NCBI GenBank assembly: GCA_963692865.2
Contig: OY843592.1
Coordinates: forward strand, 3,877,599 to 3,941,598
DNA from: a bacterium
Lineage (GTDB): Bacteria > UBA8248
DNA length: 64,000 nt
Direction of reading: 5' to 3'
Under the pieces are notes generated by a model, which made no database searches, was not told the DNA's origin, and saw nothing but the letters and a program-made list of their open reading frames with translations. Below are positions 29,786 to 38,240 of the stretch, piece by piece. A program made the translations under genes and the position numbers. How positions within the stretch are numbered: the first letter of the stretch is position 1; each line of letters starts with the position of its first letter.

Positions 29786-29942
29786 TTCTCGCCTTTCCGT
29801 GAAAATGGTGGATCACCGTCGGTGATGTATTTGGGGATGGGGGGAATATAACCGAGCGGAGATACGGCGTCCAGGGTTGGAGTGTGATTAGGGAAATGAT
29901 GCCTTGAGTCCTTCGGAATGAAGGGCTCGGGTGAGACGCTGA

Positions 29943-30182
29943 TTAATTTTCGTCGAAAAAACCTTCGGGCAGACCGAAAATGCGAATGATATCCTTTTGA
30001 TAACCCGGATAAATCGGGGTCTTCCCGCCATGATACGGTAGTGGGTAGTGGCGCTCTATGCCGTCAATATCAGGATGATAGAGCATCCGATGACTACCTT
30101 TGCCGCGTCTTGTGTGGACGCTGAACCTGGGATCAAATTCACGAAGGAGCTTCAAGAGTTGCCTGTACTCAATCGTTCGCAA
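29943..30182 (-). CDS. HicA-family toxin
   Basis: 79 aa, basic, RGKGSH motif. Confidence 0.8.
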   Translation of the reverse strand: MRTIEYRQLLKLLREFDPRFSVHTRRGKGSHRMLYHPDIDGIERHYPLPYHGGKTPIYPGYQKDIIRIFGLPEGFFDEN

Positions 30183-30185
30183 ACG

Positions 30186-30530
30186 CTAAACCTCTGCGAA
30201 TTTTTGCGGATCCACCTTGGGCAAGGGAAGGTCACAAGAGAAAATGTCCGGAAGGCTTTGCGGGGGTCTCGATTTGAGATGACGTTTCACGCTATCGCGC
30301 TTCACCGACTCATAGAGCGCGTGATAGGAGGGCTCGGCTGGGACGAAAATCTCATCCAGGGTGTCGTTTTGCACGGCGAACGACATCTGCGCCTCGACCG
30401 CCTCGGTGAGATTTTCCACCGCCTGATCTTGCGTTTCACCGTAGCCCCTGAGGCTCATATCCAGCGCAATCGCGCACCACGTCCCGTCTTCACGGACCAC
30501 CAGAACGCGCAGGGTATGGTTGAAATCCAT
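30186..30530 (-). CDS. HicB-like antitoxin
   Basis: EDGTWCAIALDMSLRGYGETQDQAVENLTEA; directly upstream of hicA. Confidence 0.75.
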   Translation of the reverse strand: MDFNHTLRVLVVREDGTWCAIALDMSLRGYGETQDQAVENLTEAVEAQMSFAVQNDTLDEIFVPAEPSYHALYESVKRDSVKRHLKSRPPQSLPDIFSCDLPLPKVDPQKFAEV

Positions 30531-30652
30531 GGGCGCGTGAACTCCTTTTTTATTCGTCAGTCTGTGGTGACAGCTAAATAGCCTACATGGTTTCGCAGGC
30601 TTTTGCACTACGCGCTATTTTAACAACTCACTCACCTGCTATCTCCCCCCCA

Positions 30653-30862
30653 TCACTTGGTCCGCTCCTCGAGCTTGCGCGTCGCCTCCTCGACGATCTC
30701 GCACACCCTGTCCATCAGGTCGGGGTGCGCGCGGAACGACTCGCGCACCTCCTTGACGATCGCCATCTCGGCGGCGGCGAAGACGTCCTCGTACTCCAGC
30801 TTGAGCTTCTCGGCCGATATGCGGCTGCGCTCCAGCCCGTTCACCATCTGCGCGAGTTTCTC
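30653..30862 (-). pseudogene. duplicated 3' fragment of the DUF3486/gp27-like gene
   Basis: 30661-30862 nearly identical to 31810-32011; no 5' part. Confidence 0.85.
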
Positions 30863-30938
30863 CGGCTTGTAGAGGAGTTTGAGTTAAAGAGATTTCTCTA
30901 GAAAATGCGGACTTCTTAGGATTGGAAACGGTCGAGGC

Positions 30939-31193
30939 TCAATAGGCTTCCGGCAATTCATTCTTCGCGCAGTCTTTGTCGATATGCAGATGACGAATCA
31001 TCTTTCTGATATGACCAATCTCGATCTCCGCCCGACGTCCCCTTCCATGCTCTCACTTCGGGAATGCCGGATAGGTTCTGCCCCCATATCGGATGCAGTA
31101 GTGATGCGTGGTTTCCCTGATGTCGCATCCGGGCGCGCAAGCCTCAAGCATTTCCCATATTTTCCTTAGTCGTACGCGCCCGCTTGAAGTCAT
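30939..31193 (-). pseudogene. HicA-like toxin interrupted by an in-frame TGA
   Basis: ATG abuts upstream stop (TGAATG); MTSSGRVRLRKIWEML...YPAFPK*EHG...IGHIRKMIRHL; TGA at 31053-31055. Confidence 0.6.
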
Positions 31194-31658
31194 TCAGGCG
31201 GCGACGGCCCTGGGTTCATCCAGCATGTTGCGCCGCGCCGTGGGTTTCTTAATGGCTCTCACCTGCACATAAGGCTGGTGCTCGTCTGCGTTTTTCTTTT
31301 CCATCCTTTCGGCTTCGATATCTCCCCGGCGCACAGCCTCAACGGCTTCATCCCATTCCCGTTTCGTTTCTTCGCAGATTTCGTTGAAGAAAGCCTCCAC
31401 TCGCCCTTTGAAGGTCGAAAAATCTTCGGCTTCTTCCGCCATGTCGAACAGGACGGACGTGTAGGTCCGCCGAAAAGTGGAGAATGCCTCATCCTCGTTT
31501 TGTCCGGTCGCGGCGATCCCACCCGGCTGTACGCCGTACATCCAAGTGGAATCATCCTCTTTCATCCCGAGGACCGTTCCCGTCATTCTTACGTCCGCCA
31601 CGAAGCCGTTCCCTTCCACCTTGTCCGAGAAGGTAAAAAAGAACGGAAACGCGCTCAT
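31194..31658 (-). CDS. HicB-like putative antitoxin
   Basis: WMYGVQPGGIAATGQNEDEAFSTF HicB-like segment; AAGGAG SD. Confidence 0.6.
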   Translation of the reverse strand: MSAFPFFFTFSDKVEGNGFVADVRMTGTVLGMKEDDSTWMYGVQPGGIAATGQNEDEAFSTFRRTYTSVLFDMAEEAEDFSTFKGRVEAFFNEICEETKREWDEAVEAVRRGDIEAERMEKKNADEHQPYVQVRAIKKPTARRNMLDEPRAVAA

Positions 31659-31801
31659 GTCACTCTCCTTCTGGATTAGTGAATTGGTTTGAGAAGCATC
31701 TCACACACCCATACCCTATCTCATAAATCGCAATGTTTCGCCATATCTTGCCATACATTCCAACCATTTCAACCAGCCCGAAACCAGCCTCATCCTCCGC
31801 G

Positions 31802-32374
31802 TTACTCAATCCGCTCCTCGAGCTTGCGCGTCGCCTCCTCGACGATTTCGCACACCCTGTCCATCAGGTCGGGATGCGCGCGGAACGACTCGCGCACCTC
31901 CTTGACGATCGCCATCTTGGCGGCGGCGAAGACGTCCTCGTACTCCAGCTTGAGCTTCTCGGCCGATATGCGGCTGCGCTCCAGCCCGTTCACCATCTGC
32001 GCGAGTTTCTCGGGCGTGAGGTTTTCAAAGGATTCCTTCCCCATCCGCGAGACGGCCTCGACCGCCTGGGTCATCAGCATCCGCCTGGCGGCCGCCGCCA
32101 CCTTCTCGCCGGGGTCCCTGCCCTCGCCGTCATAGGCCATGACTTCCTCGATCAGCTCGTCCACCATGGCTTCCACCCGCCTGGTCTTGCGGATGCCCTC
32201 GAGCAGGCGATTGTTGCGCAAGCCCACCGAGCGTAGTCCTATCTTCTCGCCCGTGGCCTCCTCGAAGGCCTCGGCCACCTCCCTGTAGGTCTTCCCCTCG
32301 GCGAGCATCGGGTCGACGACTTTCTCGGCGCCGTATTCCTCGATTTTCGACCTGCGCCCCCGCCTCCTCTCCAT
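31802..32374 (-). CDS. Mu gp27-like (DUF3486) protein, putative small terminase
   Basis: N-terminal RGRRSKIE followed by HTH-like TYREVA; helical C-terminus; coupled to gp26-like gene. Confidence 0.7.
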   Translation of the reverse strand: MERRRGRRSKIEEYGAEKVVDPMLAEGKTYREVAEAFEEATGEKIGLRSVGLRNNRLLEGIRKTRRVEAMVDELIEEVMAYDGEGRDPGEKVAAAARRMLMTQAVEAVSRMGKESFENLTPEKLAQMVNGLERSRISAEKLKLEYEDVFAAAKMAIVKEVRESFRAHPDLMDRVCEIVEEATRKLEERIE

Positions 32375-32706
32375 TATAGATCCCCCACGAGGACGTCGGG
32401 CGAAGCGGAAACCGCTCCTTCGAGCAGGCCGCGCCCCTTGCGGGTGAGGTGCGCCTCGTAGTCCGTCAGCAGACGCCCGAACCCGCCCGGCGTGCGCTTT
32501 TCCAGAAGGCCGCGCGCGGCGAGGTCGTCCACGAAGGCTTCGAGCGTCTCGCGCCCCAGGGGCGCGCCGTCCTCATGGTGGCCCGCTTCGCGCAGCGCGC
32601 TCCAAAGGAGAAGGCTGCCCACGCTCGACTCCGCACGCAAGGCATCCTGGTAATACAGCGTCTTCAATATGTCGCCGCGCAGGACGCGGGCCGTCAGTTC
32701 GTTCAC
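32374..32706 (-). CDS. Mu gp26-like winged-helix protein
   Basis: LRGDILKTL...DLAARGLL...AHLTRKGRGLLEG pattern; GAGGAGG SD; TAATG coupling. Confidence 0.65.
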   Translation of the reverse strand: MNELTARVLRGDILKTLYYQDALRAESSVGSLLLWSALREAGHHEDGAPLGRETLEAFVDDLAARGLLEKRTPGGFGRLLTDYEAHLTRKGRGLLEGAVSASPDVLVGDL

Positions 32707-32836
32707 GATGCAACACCTCCTCGGCGTCCCTCACGCCGGTGCGCCGGGCGCCGCTCGCCGAAATCCGGATATCTTCCAAGCACGGAAACACCTCCTCGAT
32801 GACGTTCATACCGAAATACCAAACGCCCCCGCGCGC

Positions 32837-32909
32837 GGGGTTATTGAAAATGCCCCCTTGTCAGGGGGGTAAATGCGATGTCCCCGGCGAGGAATTTTTC
32901 AACAGCCCC
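32837..32909. mobile_element. 73-bp minimal MITE
   Basis: GGGGTTATTGAAAA...TTTTCAACAGCCCC in the leader of the gp26/gp27 module. Confidence 0.65.
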
Positions 32910-32928
32910 GCGCGGGGGAGACCAATCC

Positions 32929-32983
32929 AACATACAACGCGGCGCGGGTTCGGGCGGCACGGGAAATGCGGGGAAATGCGCGG
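32929..32983 (-). promoter_or_regulatory. late-module promoter P2 (tandem box + 29 bp + TATGTT)
   Basis: Box 32964-32983 identical (20/20) to 11762-11781; same spacing to the -10. Confidence 0.75.
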
Positions 32984-33040
32984 CCTTCGCATTTGAGAAA
33001 AATCCCTCGGGGCCGCACAATGCCGAGCGAGGAGGCCTCG

Positions 33041-33442
33041 ATGCGCTCAATCGCCTGGAAAATCGCGGCGCTCGCCGCATTCGCGCTGTGGTTCGCTTGG
33101 CCGCCCGGCCCGGCCCAGGGCCACGGGGAGGAGGAAATCCTCCTGTTCGCCTACCTGGCGGAGGAGCGCAACCTGCTCAGAATCTCGACCGCCATCGTGG
33201 GCGGCATCATCCTGGCGATGGGCGCCTTCATCACCCAGCAATCGCGCGCCGAAGCGAGGGAAAGCTCGGGGGCCGAACGCATTGGCTTCCAGGTGATGCT
33301 GCCGGGGCTGCTCGTCACCTGCCTGGGCGTCGCCGTGCTGTTCACGGCCGCCTTCGTCCTGCCCGAGCAGATCAAGATCGTCCACGATCACCCCCTGGAG
33401 CGCGTCGAGACGAAGAACACGAAAAAAAGAAGCGGCCCGTGA
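33041..33442 (+). CDS. hypothetical membrane protein
   Basis: Signal peptide plus two TM segments; GAGGAGG SD. Confidence 0.6.
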   Translation: MRSIAWKIAALAAFALWFAWPPGPAQGHGEEEILLFAYLAEERNLLRISTAIVGGIILAMGAFITQQSRAEARESSGAERIGFQVMLPGLLVTCLGVAVLFTAAFVLPEQIKIVHDHPLERVETKNTKKRSGP

Positions 33443-33663
33443 GGGGTTGTTGAAAAAGGCCCCATTTACAGGATAAAGGCAACCCCCCCTACCACCCCTT
33501 GTCAGGGGGGCAAGAAAAAACAAAACACCCTCTACCCGGCGTGGCTCCATCGCCTTTTTTTACCCCCCTGACAAGGGGTGGTAGGGGGGGTTGGTTTTCC
33601 AGTAGAGAGGGGGCGTCCCTTCCGCCCCCCGCCCCCCTGAAAAAGGGCCTTTTCAACAGTCCC
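33443..33663. mobile_element. MITE-like element with internal long palindrome
   Basis: GGGGTTGTTGAAAAAGGCCC...GGGCCTTTTCAACAGTCCC; CCCCCCTACCACCCCTTGTCAGGGGG inverted pair. Confidence 0.75.
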
Positions 33664-33687
33664 TACTCGCTTGGAATCGACCACCGC

Positions 33688-33825
33688 CGTCATTCCGGCG
33701 AAAGCCGGAATCCATTTGCGGGTGCGGGTGAACGACCGGCGGCATTTCATTCCCCGCAGATGTGCGGGAACCATGACGAAAGGCAAAAGGCGTAAAAATG
33801 GATTCCGGCTTTCGCCGGAATGACG
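33688..33825. repeat. inverted pair of the CGTCATTCCGGCGAAAGCCGGAATCCA palindromic repeat
   Basis: Perfect inverted copies at both ends. Confidence 0.85.
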
Positions 33826-33939
33826 ATCAAAATCGAACCGCCTCGAAAGGACAGGTCGCGACCTGTCCCTACCACCCCCTCCTCGGTTGTTTGCATTCTC
33901 CAAATCGCTCCCTTTTCGGTCGCTATTGCCCCCAAGCCC

Positions 33940-34365
33940 TCACCGCGCCTTTCCCTTGAGTTTCTCGACGGTGCGGAGCGCGCCCAGACCCAGCATCCCC
34001 AGCGTGAGTTCCATCAACCCGTCCGCCGAGACGGGATAGGGCGCGAGCTCGCCGCTCATCAGCACCTGCCGCGTCCAGAGCCATGCCCCGAGCGCGAACT
34101 GCGGGATGAAATAGAAGGCGAGCGAGACGCCGCAGGTCCACAGGATGAACGGCCTGCCGCCTGCGACGAAGGCGCTCCGGTGGGCGGCCTCTATCCTGTT
34201 GATCTCGTTCTGGGCCTCAAAGGGCCGCATCATCAGCTTCTGTTTTATCGCCTCCGCCGCGCGCCGCTCGTCCGGCGTCTCGACGAACTTGTCGATGACG
34301 TTGGCGACCCCCTCCGCCGCCGTGAGGACGCCGCCTCCGATGAGCTTTTCCAAAAAGGCCATCAC
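33940..34365 (-). CDS. 3TM holin (GTA_holin_3TM-like)
   Basis: EAAHRSAFVAGGRPFILW and LGMLGLGALRTVEK motifs; coupled to lysozyme (ATGA-type overlap). Confidence 0.85.
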   Translation of the reverse strand: MMAFLEKLIGGGVLTAAEGVANVIDKFVETPDERRAAEAIKQKLMMRPFEAQNEINRIEAAHRSAFVAGGRPFILWTCGVSLAFYFIPQFALGAWLWTRQVLMSGELAPYPVSADGLMELTLGMLGLGALRTVEKLKGKAR

Positions 34366-34775
34366 GCGCTCCTCATGCGCTCGGCGACCCGGCCCGCCCG
34401 CGCGGGGAGTTCCCTCGCGTAAATTGAATCGAGCGCCTCATCGGCGGCGAGCGCGTAATCGCCCCCGGCGAGCGCGGCCCACATCTTCCGAAACCCCAGA
34501 AGGCGCGGCACGCCCATGTTGTAGGCCATGTTCATGACCGCGCGCCTGGCGCCCGGCTTGAGACCCCTGCAGGTCCCGCCGACGGGGGAGCGCTCCAGTT
34601 CTTCGGCCATCAGGCCGAGGCGGTGGCGAAGCAGCAGTTCGGCTTCGGCCTCGGATATGCCGTCTTCGAGCAGCGTCCCGTAGCCGATGGTCTTCTTGCC
34701 CTTGTTATCCAGATACACTACCGGCACGAAACCCTCCTCGCGCTTGATCTCCTCTACGAGTTCGTCGGTGAGCAC
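34362..34775 (-). CDS. phage lysozyme/endolysin (T4-like, GH24)
   Basis: EEG..VYLD..G.KTIGYG catalytic E/D/T triad; NMAYNMGV..L.GFRKM. Confidence 0.88.
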   Translation of the reverse strand: MLTDELVEEIKREEGFVPVVYLDNKGKKTIGYGTLLEDGISEAEAELLLRHRLGLMAEELERSPVGGTCRGLKPGARRAVMNMAYNMGVPRLLGFRKMWAALAGGDYALAADEALDSIYARELPARAGRVAERMRSA

Positions 34776-34993
34776 CCCGCGCCCTCCTCTTCAAGCAGAT
34801 CCCCGATATCTTCCGCCTCTCTCAACAGACGCAGGAGCGCCGCAGCGCCCCTGCGCGCCCCCGCGCGGCGCGCGTAGGTCCGGCTCGACGCCGGCGCCCG
34901 TCCGTTCCTCGCCCGGACGCGGAAGCGATGCCGCCCGGATCCGTCCGTGAAGGTCTCGACCGGGCGATGTTTCGACCTCTTCACGGCCCGCAT
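34754..34993 (-). CDS. YegP/DUF1508-like small basic protein
   Basis: ETFTDGSGRHRFRVRARNGR..ASSRTY..RAGARRG pattern; overlaps neighbours at both ends. Confidence 0.55.
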   Translation of the reverse strand: MRAVKRSKHRPVETFTDGSGRHRFRVRARNGRAPASSRTYARRAGARRGAAALLRLLREAEDIGDLLEEEGAGCSPTNS

Positions 34994-35130
34994 ACGAGCA
35001 CCCCCAGGAAAAAGCCCGAAAGCGCGAGCGCCGCGCCCGCGGCAATTAGACGCAAGGCGGTGTGCTTCCTGTTCGCCCAGCGCCACAAGGCGGCGTCCGT
35101 TCTTCGTTCGAATTCGTTTTTTTCGCTCAT
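34981..35130 (-). CDS. 49-aa single-TM protein, first gene of the lysis cassette
   Basis: GAGGAG SD; MSEKNEFERRTDAALWRWANRKHTALRLIAAGAALALSGFFLGVLVCGP; below ORF-track cut-off. Confidence 0.6.
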   Translation of the reverse strand: MSEKNEFERRTDAALWRWANRKHTALRLIAAGAALALSGFFLGVLVCGP

Positions 35131-35198
35131 GGTTCTCCTCCCTCATCATCGGTGGAATCCCGCGCGCAGCCGGTGGGCCGCGCGCCTTGACGGGAGAG

Positions 35199-35253
35199 AT
35201 TCTACGTCTTGCCGGCGCGCGTCCGATGACGGAAAATGCGGGCAACTGCGCGG
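35199..35253 (-). promoter_or_regulatory. late-module promoter P3 (tandem box + 29 bp + TAGAAT)
   Basis: Box 35234-35253 matches 18/20; a third repeat AGATGCG follows in phase; same spacing. Confidence 0.7.
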
Positions 35254-35402
35254 AGATGCGCCCCCGAGTTCCCGGTGCGCGCCGAAAACCTCGAAAACGG
35301 CGTTTCAACCGGCGGGCAAGGGGTGATAAAATACGCATCGCCCAAGGTCGTTTCGGTATAATGCGCGCTACAGCGCACGCCGCCACAAACAGGAGACGAA
35401 CA

Positions 35403-35891
35403 ATGAAAAGACTGACCGCCGCCGCCCTCATCGCCGTATTCAGCCTGGGACTCGCCGGGTGCCGCACCGATGGAAGCATGGACAAGCAGACCGGCGGCGC
35501 GATTCTCGGCGGAATCGCGGGCGGTCTGATCGGGTCGCGGGTCGGCAAGGGCCGGGGCCGCCAGGTGGCGACTATCGCGGGCGCGGTCCTCGGCAGCCTC
35601 GCCGGCAGTTCCATCGGACGCCAGCTCGACGAGCGCGACCGCCTGCTGATGGGGCGCAGCACGCAAAAAACGCTCGAACGCGGCAAGACGAACGTGGCCA
35701 GCAAATGGGTGAACCCCGACACGGGCAACCGCGGCACCATCACGCCCAGGCGCACCTACCGGGTCAGGAGAGGCGCGACCACCAGCTATTGCCGCGAGTT
35801 CCAGCAGACCATCACCGTGGGCGGCAAGACCGAGCGCGCCTACGGCCGGGCCTGCCGGCAGCCCGACGGGAGCTGGAAGATCGTCAACTAG
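35403..35891 (+). CDS. 17-kDa surface antigen-like lipoprotein (glycine zipper, RT0821/Lpp0805 type)
   Basis: LAGC lipobox, glycine zipper, W.NPDTG, YCREFQQT, ACRQPDGSW. Confidence 0.88.
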   Translation: MKRLTAAALIAVFSLGLAGCRTDGSMDKQTGGAILGGIAGGLIGSRVGKGRGRQVATIAGAVLGSLAGSSIGRQLDERDRLLMGRSTQKTLERGKTNVASKWVNPDTGNRGTITPRRTYRVRRGATTSYCREFQQTITVGGKTERAYGRACRQPDGSWKIVN

Positions 35892-36039
35892 GGCGGGCGG
35901 CGCAGAGGCGGTTTCTTTCGATTCGGCGAACACGAATCGGGCTGCGCCTTGCATCGAGGCATCGCTCGACCAAAATAGACGGCGAGTTCGGGAACCGACC
36001 GGGATGCCCGTAACGATTCAGGAAAGGAGGCCAACCAAC

Positions 36040-36540
36040 ATGGTTTCCGATCAGACGAGAAACGACGTCTGGCAGGATCTTCTGGACGTCACGAGGCTCG
36101 TTCGCTACTACGGGGCGCTTTCCGACCGACATCGACGCAATCATTCGGCCATCCGGTTTCTTCTGCTTGCAGCGGCGGCCGGCGGAATCGCCGCGCTGCT
36201 CGACCTGCTTCCGCAGAGCGTCCAACTGATCGCGGGGGGATTGATCGCCCTTCTCGTCGCTTGGGATTTCGTGTCGGATTACGCCAAGAAAGCCGCCGTT
36301 CTCCATACGATCAACATCGAATGCGGCCTCCTGGAAATCGAATGGCGCGAATTGTGGAACGAGGCCAACGACCCCGAGGCGAGCGACGCGGAGGTTCGGG
36401 AGAAGAACCGGCGTCTCGCCGAGAGAATCTCCTACGTGACCGCAAGGGCGGGAGACGCCGACATTCCGGAAAATCGAAAACTGAACGAAGAATGCGAGAA
36501 ATCCGCATACAAAGTTATTCAGGACAAGTATGCCGCTTAA
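36040..36540 (+). CDS. two-TM hypothetical protein (SLATT-like)
   Basis: AAGGAGG SD; N-terminal helix, TM hairpin, charged helical C-terminus. Confidence 0.55.
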   Translation: MVSDQTRNDVWQDLLDVTRLVRYYGALSDRHRRNHSAIRFLLLAAAAGGIAALLDLLPQSVQLIAGGLIALLVAWDFVSDYAKKAAVLHTINIECGLLEIEWRELWNEANDPEASDAEVREKNRRLAERISYVTARAGDADIPENRKLNEECEKSAYKVIQDKYAA

Positions 36541-36731
36541 CAAAGATATTCCAAAAACTCGACAAACCGCCAATCCTTAAAGGCCCGGTAAAACACCTCC
36601 CCCGAAACCACCGCCGAGACCGCCCGCGCCGCCGAAAAACAAGCCCACGAACTAGTTCCGCCCCATCCGCGCCCTTATCGAATTCACGCTTCGCCGGGAT
36701 ATCATGCGGCTTCACCCGCGAGGGGCGTCCC

Positions 36732-37205
36732 ATGAAGAAGCGGATATGCGCAGGAATCGCGTTCGCGTTTCTCGCATCCGGGTGCGCGGGCTCGGGGCCC
36801 GACCCGGTGGCGCCCTACGCGCCAGGGGATGAGAAACGAAACTGCGCGTCGCTCCGGGCGGAGATCAGGGCCAACAGGAAGGAAATCGCCCGAAAGAACG
36901 CCGAGCGAACGGAGAAGACGTTCCAGAACCTGGGGCTGGGCGCCGCGGGCGTGTTCCTGGTCGTTCCGTGGTTCTTCATGGACCTGAAGGGCAAGGAGGC
37001 GGCCGAGACCGAAGCGCTGGAGCGCCGCAACGCCGCGCTTCGCCGTATCGCCTTCGAGAAGGGCTGCAACGCGCCGCCTCCCGTCGGCGCGCATGAGAGG
37101 AAAGCCGGGGCGGGGGAGAGAGGCAAACAGACCCCAGGCTCGACAACGAATCAAGCGAGCCGTGAAGTGAACGGCCCGCGCTCATCCGGCATTTCCGCCC
37201 GTTAG
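36732..37205 (+). CDS. hypothetical lipoprotein
   Basis: LASGC lipobox, internal hydrophobic segment, paired Cys. Confidence 0.65.
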   Translation: MKKRICAGIAFAFLASGCAGSGPDPVAPYAPGDEKRNCASLRAEIRANRKEIARKNAERTEKTFQNLGLGAAGVFLVVPWFFMDLKGKEAAETEALERRNAALRRIAFEKGCNAPPPVGAHERKAGAGERGKQTPGSTTNQASREVNGPRSSGISAR

Positions 37206-37292
37206 AGAATATAATTCACATTCAGGCAAAGCCCTCAGCCAAACAACCGGGAGCGTGGGCAAGCAGTATTTCCAACATCTGGGATCGATAGC

Positions 37293-38240
37293 GTGGATAC
37301 CGACGCAACCACCACCCGGCCGCCAAGCCTCAACGCAGGGAGGGAGACTTCCCGCCGCCGAATACGGCGCGCATCACCTCCGCCAATCGGCTACGTCAGG
37401 GTGGACGAACCCGAGGGTACTGCATTCGGCGCCATAGAGAGGTCGCTGCTCATACGCGGAGACGCCCACCGAGCGCTCGATCTGTTGCCGGATGAATCCG
37501 TGCAGACCGTCGTTACGTCCCCGCCGTACTGGTCGCTGCGGGATTATGAGGTGGAGGCCCAGATAGGACGCGACGACGCCCTGGAGGATTATATAAACAG
37601 CATCACGAAAACTTTCGGGAAAGTAAGACGCGTTCTCCGGCCCGACGGCACGGTGTGGCTGAACGTCGGAGACACGTACACGTCGGGGAACCGCCGCTAC
37701 CGGGCGCCGGACAAAAAGAACCGCGCCCGCGCGATGAAAGTCCGGCCGCCGACTCCGAGCGGACTGAAGCCGAAAGACCTGATCGGCGTTCCGTGGAGAT
37801 TGGCGTTCGCGCTGCAAGACGCCGGGTGGTGGCTTCGCTCGGAAATGATCTGGCGCAAGCCGAACGCGCACCCGGAATCGGTTCGGGACCGGCCCACGAA
37901 GGCGCACGAGACGTTGTTTCTGCTTTCGAAGAACCAGAATTATTACTATGACGTAGGAGCCGTCCGTGGACCGAACGACAGGAGACTGCGCACCGTCTGG
38001 AACATTCCCACGGAACCCGGAAAGAACGGACATTTGGACGATCACCCGGCGATCATGCCGATGTCGATCGCAAGCAGATGCGTGAGCATCGCCACCAAAC
38101 CGGAAAGCGTCGTTCTCGATCCCTTCGCCGGGTCGGGAACGACGCTGCTCGCCGCGCAAAAACTCGGTCGAAAACGGGTGGGCGTCGAACTCAAGGCCTC
38201 ATACGTGAACCTGATTGAGCGACGAATGAACGGCAAATGA
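37293..38240 (+). CDS. orphan site-specific DNA methyltransferase (N4-C/N6-A, beta class)
   Basis: VTSPPY precedes LDPFAGSGTT. Confidence 0.9.
   Translation: MDTDATTTRPPSLNAGRETSRRRIRRASPPPIGYVRVDEPEGTAFGAIERSLLIRGDAHRALDLLPDESVQTVVTSPPYWSLRDYEVEAQIGRDDALEDYINSITKTFGKVRRVLRPDGTVWLNVGDTYTSGNRRYRAPDKKNRARAMKVRPPTPSGLKPKDLIGVPWRLAFALQDAGWWLRSEMIWRKPNAHPESVRDRPTKAHETLFLLSKNQNYYYDVGAVRGPNDRRLRTVWNIPTEPGKNGHLDDHPAIMPMSIASRCVSIATKPESVVLDPFAGSGTTLLAAQKLGRKRVGVELKASYVNLIERRMNGK

Noticed and set aside
30903-30910. AAATGCGG as a fourth late-promoter box
   Set aside because: Single half-site with no tandem partner, and no gene start downstream.
31053-31055. Third selenocysteine codon
   Set aside because: No redox motif and no downstream hairpin; context suggests a Gly-to-stop mutation.
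32573-32809. 78-aa ORF as an extra phage gene upstream of gp26
   Set aside because: Overlaps the gp26-like gene out of frame by about 130 nt, has no clear SD and no recognisable motif.
11877-33825. CRISPR array or integron attC cassettes among the palindromic repeats
   Set aside because: No regularly spaced repeat-spacer units, no cas or intI gene; repeats are dispersed REP/MITE types.
8604-35130. A single intact prophage
   Set aside because: No integrase, transposase, replication, capsid or tail genes seen, and host genes lie between the modules.
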